NCBI GenBank assembly: GCA_040754655.1
Contig: JBFMCE010000005.1
Location: 1-60,776 of the forward strand
DNA from: Bdellovibrionota bacterium
GTDB taxonomy: Bacteria > Bdellovibrionota > UBA1018 > UBA923
DNA length: 60,776 bases
Direction: 5' to 3'
Position numbers and translations under genes: made by a program. The notes below the pieces were generated by a model, which was not told the DNA's origin, did not search any database, and saw only the letters and a list, made by a program, of their open reading frames with translations. Below are positions 17,916 to 26,158 of this stretch, in pieces. The first letter of the stretch is position 1. The number at the start of each line of letters is the position of its first letter.

Positions 17916-19839
17916 GAGTTCGTTTTATCTTCTCTAGAGTTTCTTTAAAGGCCTCTTCTTGGACTCTTAGTTTTTCTTTCATCTGCTGGTCTTTTGCCTC
18001 AAGCTCGCGGGTGTGCATGAGCCTTTCCTTATCCATGGCTTCCTTGGTCTTGCGCAAGACGTCACGAACCGCCTTTTCAGACTCGTCCTTGACCTTCTGC
18101 GTTTCAGCAGCGTGATACTCTTTTAGCTGATTTACCTTTGCTTCGGAAGCGGTAAGTAAGAGTCTGTTTTTATTTTGCAGTTCGAGCATCTGCATGCGCT
18201 TCTCATGATCGGTTTCGGTGCGCAAGCGGGCGAGTTGCTGCATGCTATCGTATTTCAAGTTTTCAGTGATCTCGTCATGGCTCTCCTTTTGACGGATGAG
18301 GGCCTTTGAATAAGAGTCTGTAAGGCGCTTGGCGCGGGCTTTCATCAGGTCTTCATTCTGAAGCTGGTTAGAGCGCTGGGTCATTTCATACTCTTGCGAG
18401 TGAACCCTTAATGTCTCTTGCAATTGGTGCACGCGGTTGCGGTTCTCTCGAGCGGCTCTCGCCATTTCTTTCTGATTCCCTTGCCTCAAGCTGCTGATGG
18501 TATCGTTGTAATAGTTCCGTTGATACTCAAGCTCTCGATTGCGTGACTCGGTCAAGCTTTCTTCTTGATCCATCACGGCTTTCGCGATGTTGCGTTTTTC
18601 TTCCTCGTGCTTTTGAGTCGAGGTGATCTTGTCGTGCTGGTTTTGTTTTATGAGTTGATTGCGCTCTTCAATGGCATTGAGCTCTTGTTCATTGATCCGC
18701 TTCTTGAAGGTGTTGGCTTGTTCTTGGGTCTCTCTCTGGTGTTTGTCGTCTTTTGCACGCGTCTGGTCGGTATGCTGCATTTGCAGCATATTGCGAGAGA
18801 GGTCATTGTTCTTCCTGATAGCATCCGAGTTCAAGAAGACGTCTTGTTTGTGCCGGCGCTCATCCAGGGTGTCTTTGAGCGCGTTGCGGTCTTTTTCGGC
18901 CACGAGTTGGTACTGAAGGTCGTTTTCGCGCTTCTTGAACTGAGAGCGTTGTTCTTGAAGTTTTGACTGGTGCTCTTGTTCCGAGAGAGCGATGCGGTTG
19001 GCGTTTTCGCGATCGGCCTGGGCATTTTGGAAGTGGTTCTCATCAATCAGTTTTCTAACGGTATCCGACATGCGCTCTCGGTAGCCTTCGAAAGACTTGC
19101 CCATGTCTTTTCCGACGTTAGCGCCGATGAGATTTTTCTCATCCGTCAGTTGTTGCTCTCGAAGGTCATAAGAGCGCTTCATGTTGCCGCGATCAGCTGC
19201 GCTTTCCTCAGCGAGTTTTCGGTACTTCAGCTCTGCGCCGAGTTTTTCTTTAGCGAGCTCATCGCCATTTTTGCGGATATTGTCGTCAACATGGTGGCGC
19301 GCATTGGCCACGATTTGCCCCATGGCTTCATCGTGGGCTTGGTTGCGCAGGGAAAGCTTGCGATCGAAATAAGATTTGAGCTCTTGGCGGTCTTGCTCGA
19401 AAGTGTCTCGCACCTTTTTGTAGCGGGCTTCTCGTTCGGTGCGCTCGCCGTCAACATTGCGTGAAGTCGATTCAATGAGGTCATTGAACCGCCCGTTCTG
19501 CATCTCGCGGTCGCGGTCGCGTTCTCGCGTTTGTTCCGAGATCAGGCGCCCAAGCCGGTCGTAGTTCTGCCTGCGCTCTTCGCTGAGAGACTTTTCATAG
19601 GTATCGCCTTCTTTTCCGAGTTGTTCTTTGAAGTTCTCGCGGGCCTCACCAAGTTGGTGGTTCGACTTTTCTTGTACTTCCTTGATGTTTTCTTGTTGAG
19701 TCTGTTCGAGGCGATCGATCTGTTGGCGCTGCTTCTCGCGCATGCCCTCGATCTCGCGTGCGTGTTCGTCTTCGCGGTTTCTTAAGAGGCGATTGGCGAG
19801 TTCGACCTCGCGCCGCGCCTGCGATTCAGTCACATCCAT
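17890..19839 (-). CDS. long coiled-coil hypothetical protein
   Basis: 649 aa of E/K/R/Q-rich helical sequence lacking Pro, Trp and Cys; GGAGGGAGAGG SD; overlaps the pyk start by 26 nt. Confidence 0.85.
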   Translation of the reverse strand: MDVTESQARREVELANRLLRNREDEHAREIEGMREKQRQQIDRLEQTQQENIKEVQEKSNHQLGEARENFKEQLGKEGDTYEKSLSEERRQNYDRLGRLISEQTRERDRDREMQNGRFNDLIESTSRNVDGERTEREARYKKVRDTFEQDRQELKSYFDRKLSLRNQAHDEAMGQIVANARHHVDDNIRKNGDELAKEKLGAELKYRKLAEESAADRGNMKRSYDLREQQLTDEKNLIGANVGKDMGKSFEGYRERMSDTVRKLIDENHFQNAQADRENANRIALSEQEHQSKLQEQRSQFKKRENDLQYQLVAEKDRNALKDTLDERRHKQDVFLNSDAIRKNNDLSRNMLQMQHTDQTRAKDDKHQRETQEQANTFKKRINEQELNAIEERNQLIKQNQHDKITSTQKHEEEKRNIAKAVMDQEESLTESRNRELEYQRNYYNDTISSLRQGNQKEMARAARENRNRVHQLQETLRVHSQEYEMTQRSNQLQNEDLMKARAKRLTDSYSKALIRQKESHDEITENLKYDSMQQLARLRTETDHEKRMQMLELQNKNRLLLTASEAKVNQLKEYHAAETQKVKDESEKAVRDVLRKTKEAMDKERLMHTRELEAKDQQMKEKLRVQEEAFKETLEKIKRTHELALKKS

Positions 19840-20004
19840 GACGTTGACCTCTCCCTCCTGGAGAGCAGACTGCTACTGCCTTAAATTTTACGCGGGTCGC
19901 AGGAAAGATACAGTAGGCGGAAATGCGCTAGGAAGAAAGCGCCGCTCAGGCTTAAATCCCTTACCAATTTTTAAAATTAAGGGCGACTCCCTAGCTGGCA
20001 ATGT

Positions 20005-20020
20005 TGGCATAGGCGTTGCT
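20005..20020 (+). promoter_or_regulatory. sigma54 -24/-12 promoter
   Basis: TGGCATAGGCGTTGCT (GG-N10-GC). Confidence 0.7.
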
Positions 20021-20076
20021 CTCTCGGCCTTGCCACATACGGGGAATTTACCCTTTTGCCGAAAGGAGATGGTGGT

Positions 20077-20175
20077 ATGAGAAGAAAAAAGAGTTACTTC
20101 TCTGCTTGTCACAAGCTAGAAAAAACTTTAGAGAAATACGAACGTCTCTTTGCGTGTTTTCAATTTTTCAGCTGA
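20077..20175 (+). CDS. putative 32-aa small protein MRRKKSYFSACHKLEKTLEKYERLFACFQFFS
   Basis: AAGGAG SD 8 nt upstream; downstream of a sigma54 site; below the ORF-track cutoff. Confidence 0.45.
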   Translation: MRRKKSYFSACHKLEKTLEKYERLFACFQFFS

Positions 20176-20214
20176 ATCTGTTATGAGGAAGCAGCTGAAA
20201 AATTGAAAACACGC
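20152..20214. repeat. 23-bp perfect inverted repeat with 17-nt spacer
   Basis: GCGTGTTTTCAATTTTTCAGCTG (20152-20174) and CAGCTGAAAAATTGAAAACACGC (20192-20214). Confidence 0.95.
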
Positions 20215-20263
20215 CCTAAAAAATATACGGTCACTACCCGATATCCTTACAAAAATACCGTCA

Positions 20264-21976
20264 TCATTCTAGGTGCTCTAACGCTTCGATCATTTCTTCG
20301 GTCTCTTCAGGAGTAGGCAGCACGTCTGCGTTGCCAGGCGGCATCCTGCCATCTATCCCCCTCAATCGATCAACCACTTTTAGCTTTCGTGCCATACCTC
20401 TGTCATCTGGTCGCAAATCCTCAGTAGTGTAGTTCCTCATCTTTTCGAAGCTTTCGAGCGGAAGAGGCATATCGGAGTCCTTACCCCCGTGGCATTGAGC
20501 ACAATACTTTTGAAACTGCCCTTCTATGAATTTTATAGTTTCCCTTCTCTTAGAAGAGTCTTCAATGGCGTCCATGATTCTTTGAACGGTTAGCTTTTTC
20601 GGAGTATCCGTTTCGCAAACCTCTGGATTAGCAGCAGTTCCACGTAGCTTTAAGGCTGATACCCTCACAAAGTTCATGACTTTTCGTCCTATTGGCGGCC
20701 AAGATTCCAATATCGCCTTCATGGATTTTTCATCTGGATTTTTGAGGATGATCTTTTTTACTTCATCAGGTTCCAATGTGTTTAGATAGCGGAAGTCTGC
20801 ATCAGAAAACCCAAAACAAGAGTTCAAGAGGTGCAGCAGCTTGCTTGCAGCCTTTTCACGGACTAAGCTCGACACCTTTGGCCTTGGCGTTTTTGGATCA
20901 GCAAGAATCTGAGCGGCTGTACCAGAAATAGTAATCGTCGAAAGTTTCGGATCATCGGAAAAAACACCGGCGGTTTCCTCATTATAAGTTTCCAAATAGG
21001 GCTTCAATTGTTCCTCAGTCGGTGGGTTTGAAAAGTTATGCGTTTTGTTTGAGCGGTCTTTTAAGGCCTTAAGGAAGACTGTGGGGCCTTCTGCTCGATC
21101 GAGCAATGGGTCTCGATCCGGCAGCACTGAGCTCGGATAACTAAAATTGTCAGATGGCCATAGTCCTGTTACAGCCTCGGCAAACTCTTGATCAAGAGTC
21201 GCGATGCTTTTCGCGTCTAAACTATGCTCCTTTAGAAGCCCAAGATACAGAAGCTGTTTTTTACATGTCTCGTTGTTTTTGCACAGATTTGTACAGACAT
21301 TTACGCTCTGTAGCGCTCGATTGGCGATTCGCACATTCGAATCGATAAGATCGCCAGGGAATTTACCTTCAGGAAAAATCGCAGCTTCGGCATTCGGAAC
21401 GGTAATCAGTTTTTTTCCAGCTCTCAAACGTGCTTTTTTTACCTCGGTCTCAACCGCCTTATTTTCGGTCGTTTCTCTCCATGGTCGCGGAGTAAAGATT
21501 GGTCCGCCGGCCTGGTGGCAACTCATGCAGAGTTGGCGATCCGCCTGTATTACCTTTGGCCTTAATCCAGGTGCGTAGTCTTTAACGATCAAAAATTCAT
21601 AGCGTTTACTTTTTTGACTCCAAGTAATGACTTCGAGTTCTTGGGCATTGGGAACCAGCCCCACGAACGATGGTGGAACGCTGGCATTGCTTTCAAGAAC
21701 GACTATTCTACGAGGTTCTCCGTAATCAGCTTCTTTCTTTTTTAGAGAGCGACCGTCCGGAATTGGCAAGGAGCCGCTCAGCCCAGCCGTTGCATTTCCA
21801 TAGAGGTTCAGAAGATTAACAAGTTGATCAAAATCAGTCGGAATGTTGCCATCATTCTCATCAATGATTGTCTCGAAGCGAGTTGGGCCGGCCTGGCAAA
21901 TTGAAGAGCAAACAAATACCAATAAAGAAAGTAATATAAACGCTGAATATTTAGATAAACAGCCCCGAACTAGCAT
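20264..21976 (-). CDS. secreted di-heme c-type cytochrome-like protein
   Basis: Signal peptide; CMSCH and CAQCH heme-binding motifs; RMPP (possible Met ligand) after the second. Confidence 0.8.
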   Translation of the reverse strand: MLVRGCLSKYSAFILLSLLVFVCSSICQAGPTRFETIIDENDGNIPTDFDQLVNLLNLYGNATAGLSGSLPIPDGRSLKKKEADYGEPRRIVVLESNASVPPSFVGLVPNAQELEVITWSQKSKRYEFLIVKDYAPGLRPKVIQADRQLCMSCHQAGGPIFTPRPWRETTENKAVETEVKKARLRAGKKLITVPNAEAAIFPEGKFPGDLIDSNVRIANRALQSVNVCTNLCKNNETCKKQLLYLGLLKEHSLDAKSIATLDQEFAEAVTGLWPSDNFSYPSSVLPDRDPLLDRAEGPTVFLKALKDRSNKTHNFSNPPTEEQLKPYLETYNEETAGVFSDDPKLSTITISGTAAQILADPKTPRPKVSSLVREKAASKLLHLLNSCFGFSDADFRYLNTLEPDEVKKIILKNPDEKSMKAILESWPPIGRKVMNFVRVSALKLRGTAANPEVCETDTPKKLTVQRIMDAIEDSSKRRETIKFIEGQFQKYCAQCHGGKDSDMPLPLESFEKMRNYTTEDLRPDDRGMARKLKVVDRLRGIDGRMPPGNADVLPTPEETEEMIEALEHLE

Positions 21977-22006
21977 ATGGAAGTCCTCTCTCTTGAAGTA
22001 GAAAAG

Positions 22007-22022
22007 AGCAACAAGTGGACCA
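22007..22022 (-). promoter_or_regulatory. sigma54 -24/-12 promoter
   Basis: Minus strand TGGTCCACTTGTTGCT (GG-N10-GC), about 30 nt upstream of the 21976 start. Confidence 0.6.
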
Positions 22023-22108
22023 ATGCTAAGTCATGATTTTTGATGTATTATTTTTCGAGACGCGCTTAGAAGTATTAGACTACTGAAAAATCTATAAACA
22101 CTCCGAAG

Positions 22109-22125
22109 TGTCTATTTTTTTGACA
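22109..22125. promoter_or_regulatory. putative enhancer-binding-protein site (TGTC-N9-GACA)
   Basis: TGTCTATTTTTTTGACA about 87 bp upstream of the sigma54 site; same geometry as 7769-7785. Confidence 0.5.
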
Positions 22126-22205
22126 ACAGCTCATTTCCGGATCTTCGCGCTACGGTCTAGTGCAAATAAGATTTTCAGGAGCATATAGTTACAAAAGAGA
22201 GTAAC

Positions 22206-22253
22206 ACAAAAAAGCCCTGTGACCTTTCACAGCCACAGGGCTTTTTATATCAT
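22206..22253 (-). terminator. intrinsic terminator, copy 1 of a 48-bp perfect direct repeat
   Basis: AAAAAGCCCTGTG...CACAGGGCTTTTT hairpin with A/T tails; identical to 22902-22949. Confidence 0.9.
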
Positions 22254-22359
22254 TAAGACTGAAACCGCAGTAAACCAAATTGTCACGGTCTTCTCACTCA
22301 TGCGGTTTCCACGGATGGCACAAGAGTAGGCGTACTCGTGCGGGTGACAAGGCTAGAGC

Positions 22360-22797
22360 TTACCGACTACAGACAAAATCATGCTCAGTTTGGTAGCCAG
22401 CAAAACGGTCATCACCTTTAGTCTTCGAGACAACTCTTACGCGGCTTCCTTCTCGATCAAGAAGCTTTATTCGTATAATTCTATTTTCCTCACCCGAGAC
22501 TCTGTAAAATAGGGTAGTAACCCCTGGGCATTGCAAAAAATATTTTACAGAGGGTTCTTGCGTAGAACGGTGCCAGTTCCCATCAGCGCGTTTTGGCTCG
22601 GAACCGTTGATTTCAAAGTAAAAACTAGCATCGCTCGCAGTTTGAGTTAGCGAGAGTTTATTGACCGGAGCGTTTTGGTCGCAGTGTTCCCAAGTTCCGT
22701 TTAGTTGAGGATGACAGAAATGTGTATGGTCCTCCGAAAAAGCAGTAGTTGAATAGATACTAAATCCGGCCAGTACGAATAAGCTAAGCTTGATCAT
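22360..22797 (-). CDS. small secreted hypothetical protein
   Basis: GAGGGG SD, signal peptide (AFS-ED), 4 Cys; relatively AT-rich. Confidence 0.75.
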   Translation of the reverse strand: MIKLSLFVLAGFSIYSTTAFSEDHTHFCHPQLNGTWEHCDQNAPVNKLSLTQTASDASFYFEINGSEPKRADGNWHRSTQEPSVKYFLQCPGVTTLFYRVSGEENRIIRIKLLDREGSRVRVVSKTKGDDRFAGYQTEHDFVCSR

Positions 22798-22901
22798 ATA
22801 TCCCCTCTTCTTAAAAATGTTATTACATTTAGGCGCTCAAGTTTGGCAAGCTCTTCCTAGAACTTGAGCTGCACAGGTGAAGGTTCTAATTGCAAGAGAG
22901 A

Positions 22902-22949
22902 ACAAAAAAGCCCTGTGACCTTTCACAGCCACAGGGCTTTTTATATCAT
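22902..22949 (-). terminator. intrinsic terminator of the dsbA-like gene, copy 2 of the 48-bp repeat
   Basis: ACAAAAAAGCCCTGTGACCTTTCACAGCCACAGGGCTTTTTATATCAT. Confidence 0.9.
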
Positions 22950-22998
22950 CGAGACTTAACAGGCCGCAGCAGTTAGCCGCGGCCTTAAACTTCTTAGC

Positions 22999-24075
22999 TC
23001 AGCCGCCTGCCAATTCTTCGTCGATGGCTTCTCTGAAGTTCTCAACCGGCAACGCACCTGCAACAGGGCGGCCGTTGATGAAGAACGTCGGAGTGCTTCT
23101 CACGCCAAGCTTTGAGCCGTACTCCAAGTCGTCTTGAACAAGTTTTGCGTATTTCTTTTCTTCAAAACACTTGTTGAACTTCTCCATGTCGGCGCCGACT
23201 TCCTTGGCGTATTTCTTCAAGTTCTCGTTATCAAGCTTGTCTTGATTCGCGAAGAGCTTGTCATGGTACTTCCAGTACTTGTCGGTGTTTTGTTCGTTCA
23301 CGCACATTGATGCTTCAGATGCGGGTTTTGCTTGAGGGTGCATCGGAAGAGGAAAGTGTTTGAACGCCACTTGGATCTTGTTGCCATAGATCTTCTTCAG
23401 TTCGTTGACCGTGTTCGCACCTCGTGAACAGAAAGGGCACTGGAAGTCAGAAAATTCAACGATCTTCACCTTAGCGTCTTTTCCGCCGAAGGTGGGAGCT
23501 TGGCCGATATCGATGTTCACCTTCACGTTGGGCTTGGCGAAATAGATTTCAACCTTGTGCTTCTTCGAGAGAGAGACAATCAACTTCTCGAGCTCTTCTT
23601 GCTTCTTCTGAGCCTTCATATAGGTCAGGATGCGTTCTTTGAGTTGAGGGTTGAGCTGTTCCTTGGGGATCTTCTTTTCTTGAACGAACTTATTGTATTC
23701 GCTGTCTGAAATCTTCGCGTCACCCTTCAGAACCTTCGTTTCAACGTACTCATCAAGCCCCAAGTTGGCTTTCTTTGCTTCTTCGCTATAGGAACGCTCA
23801 AGAAGCAGTCTGCCGATGCGGCTCATGCGAAGGTCATAGATCTTGCGCAGGGCTTCAACGAATTCGAGCTTCTCTTCGCCCATGAGTTCATCCTCACTGA
23901 CGGGCTTTCCATCAATGCTGGCGACAGCCCCGGCCGGGCCTTGACCTTCTTTAAAAGTATACTTAGGTTTTTCTTTAGCGTTGCCGTTGCCGGTACAAGC
24001 AAAGGCAATCACCATTGCGACTGCCGCCATACCTACTAAAAGCGGTGTGTTGAGATATTTACGCAGAGCAGACAT
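22999..24075 (-). CDS. DsbA/BdbD-family thiol-disulfide oxidoreductase lipoprotein with N-terminal helical domain
   Basis: EFSDFQCPFC, HFPL, GVRSTPTFFING motifs; AFAC lipobox. Confidence 0.9.
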   Translation of the reverse strand: MSALRKYLNTPLLVGMAAVAMVIAFACTGNGNAKEKPKYTFKEGQGPAGAVASIDGKPVSEDELMGEEKLEFVEALRKIYDLRMSRIGRLLLERSYSEEAKKANLGLDEYVETKVLKGDAKISDSEYNKFVQEKKIPKEQLNPQLKERILTYMKAQKKQEELEKLIVSLSKKHKVEIYFAKPNVKVNIDIGQAPTFGGKDAKVKIVEFSDFQCPFCSRGANTVNELKKIYGNKIQVAFKHFPLPMHPQAKPASEASMCVNEQNTDKYWKYHDKLFANQDKLDNENLKKYAKEVGADMEKFNKCFEEKKYAKLVQDDLEYGSKLGVRSTPTFFINGRPVAGALPVENFREAIDEELAGG

Positions 24076-24111
24076 TCCGAACCTCCTCGTGGTCTTGGCC
24101 CTTAAAAAGCT

Positions 24112-24402
24112 TTAAGATGAAAATGGTAAACTTATGCGACAGGTTCTGCAATAGAAAACAGGCTTCGCATTCCCGCGCCTGTCTATTGCAGCCCAAATTC
24201 CTAAACCAATTTGAATAGCCAACCAAATTGCATTTGCGAACGGGGTAATTTTGTAATTTGAAGTGTAGATTAAAAAAATAATGAAGCTTGCTACAAACAA
24301 CAAGTAACTGAGTAATTTGGGTTTCCGGGTACGCAGCCCACAGGCTTCACCACATCGCGGGCATTGTTTTTCAGCTTGTGAATCAAAAGTTGCTCGAGGC
24401 AT
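24112..24402 (-). CDS. small membrane protein with split zinc-ribbon motif
   Basis: CPRC at the N-terminus, two hydrophobic helices, CRTC at the C-terminus; 3 nt after the kdsD stop. Confidence 0.65.
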   Translation of the reverse strand: MPRATFDSQAEKQCPRCGEACGLRTRKPKLLSYLLFVASFIIFLIYTSNYKITPFANAIWLAIQIGLGIWAAIDRRGNAKPVFYCRTCRISLPFSS

Positions 24403-24405
24403 TTG

Positions 24406-25389
24406 TTACAGTCTACCGATAAGGTCGTGTAATCGAACAAGTCCTACACAGGCTTCGCTTATGGGATCAACAACCGGAAGGATGTTGATTTGACTTGGCC
24501 GGTTTTCCATCACTTCTAAAGCCTGGATCGCCTTGTCTTCGGGAGCGATTGAGATCGGTTTGCTCGTCATGACTTCTTTGGCGCAAAGTTCAAAGAACTT
24601 GGCCTTGTGTTTCAGCGCCCGCCTGATGTCTCCGTCCGTGATCAAGCCCGCAAGCTTACCGTCGTGGCCTCGTACCAGGGCGACACCAAGTCTTTTCTCG
24701 GTCGCGACTTGCACGACGAAATCCATCGAGTCTTCAAGGTCAACCCAAGGAAGTTCTGCTCCCTTTTTCATGAGATCTTTTACTTTAAGCGTGAGTCGTC
24801 TGCCAAGGCTTCCGCCCGGGTGGTTATAAGCGAAGTTTTCTTCCTTGAAATCAAACCTCAAAGACAGCGCAACAGACAATGCGTCACCCAAAGCAAGGGC
24901 TACCGTAGTGCTGGAAGTCGGGGCGAGGTTCAGCGGGCAGGCCTCTTGCGAAACACTTCCATCAAGAGCGACATCCGATTGAAGAGCAAGCGGGCTTTTC
25001 ATATTTCCGACGATGGAAATGATCTTAGACCCCCGCGCGCGTAGGTTTGGAAGCAGCCCCAAAACCTCGTCGGAAACGCCGCTATAGCTAAACACCAAAA
25101 CGATGTCTCGAGAAGAAACCACGCCCAAATCCCCATGTGAGGCTTCGGTCGGGTGCAAATAAAGAGCAGGGGTGCCGGTACTGGCGAAAGTCGCTGCCAC
25201 TTTGGCGGCGATCTTGCCGCTTTTGCCGACTCCCAAGACCACGACCTTGCCCCCAAGCCCGACCGCCTCCACTACCAACTCAACAGCGGTCTGAAAACGG
25301 TGATCAAGGCGATCTCGGGCAGCTAAAATGCATTGGGCCTCAACTTCAAGGACCCGTTTGGCCTGCAAAAGATCATCAAAATCGTTCAT
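24406..25389 (-). CDS. kdsD: arabinose-5-phosphate isomerase KdsD/GutQ (SIS plus CBS domains)
   Basis: GVGKSG, HPTEASHGDLG, EACPLNLAPTSSTT, HPGGSLG; CBS pair. Confidence 0.93.
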   Translation of the reverse strand: MNDFDDLLQAKRVLEVEAQCILAARDRLDHRFQTAVELVVEAVGLGGKVVVLGVGKSGKIAAKVAATFASTGTPALYLHPTEASHGDLGVVSSRDIVLVFSYSGVSDEVLGLLPNLRARGSKIISIVGNMKSPLALQSDVALDGSVSQEACPLNLAPTSSTTVALALGDALSVALSLRFDFKEENFAYNHPGGSLGRRLTLKVKDLMKKGAELPWVDLEDSMDFVVQVATEKRLGVALVRGHDGKLAGLITDGDIRRALKHKAKFFELCAKEVMTSKPISIAPEDKAIQALEVMENRPSQINILPVVDPISEACVGLVRLHDLIGRL

Positions 25390-25606
25390 AACCCCCAGAG
25401 TAAAACTGAATCTGACCTAAAAAGCAATGGTTTGAGTCTAGGGGCCTTCTCATAGCGACGCTTGGCGCGATCGGCTGCAAAGCGAGTCGCGCCTGACACG
25501 CTTTCTCCTTTTTGCTGGCTGGGCAAAATCTGACCTCTTTAAACGACCCGGCGTTGCTCTAAAATTCCATGAAAAGGAGTATCCTAAGAGAAGGGCAGCT
25601 AATTCA

Positions 25607-26158
25607 ATGACACGAGCACCTCTGTTTAAGATTAAAAAATCAGTCCTGGCCGTCACTTGGATTGCTCTGGCAATCGTCGCTGGATGCGGGGGGCCGATCT
25701 TTCACCAACCGGGCGCTGAGCTTGACCACATTTACGCGCGCGTCTTCTTGACCGATTACAACACAGCTTGGCAGGCCACGCTCGAGGCACTGAAGCGTTT
25801 TGAAAAAACCACCCAGAATCGCCAAGGGGGGGTGCTGCAAACCTCTTGGATCGACAACACTGCTGAGAAGAATTTCATCGACTCCTTCGGAGGCGACGCC
25901 ACTTATATCAAAGCGCGCTACCGCCTTAACGTGAGCATCGCTCCGGGCAATTACAACGGGAAACCTTCGGTGAAAGTCTCTATCTTAAAAGACCAGATGA
26001 TTCAGCGCGATTTGCTTGAAGGCTGGAAACAAGTGAAGTCAGACGCGATCGAAGAGAACACCTATCTCTATCGCATTGGCAGGATCATCTACATCAAGCT
26101 CAAACTGAAAGAGATCGAAGAGCGCAAGGTGAGAGAAGTTATCGAGCAAGGCGTCTAG
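25607..26158 (+). CDS. hypothetical outer-membrane lipoprotein
   Basis: VAGC lipobox; W..T..AL and G...T.W pattern reminiscent of BamC-like helix-grip lipoproteins. Confidence 0.7.
   Translation: MTRAPLFKIKKSVLAVTWIALAIVAGCGGPIFHQPGAELDHIYARVFLTDYNTAWQATLEALKRFEKTTQNRQGGVLQTSWIDNTAEKNFIDSFGGDATYIKARYRLNVSIAPGNYNGKPSVKVSILKDQMIQRDLLEGWKQVKSDAIEENTYLYRIGRIIYIKLKLKEIEERKVREVIEQGV

Noticed and set aside
18565-19785. Antisense ORFs over the coiled-coil gene
   Set aside because: Hydrophobic mirror frames expected from E/K/Q-rich codons
22261-22350. Canonical HDV-like ribozyme
   Set aside because: Topology is similar, but there is no catalytic C in J4/2 and no clear P1.1; reported only as an unknown structure
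22206-22949. CRISPR array
   Set aside because: Only two 48-bp copies, 696 bp apart, with a gene between them; no spacers or cas genes anywhere in the window
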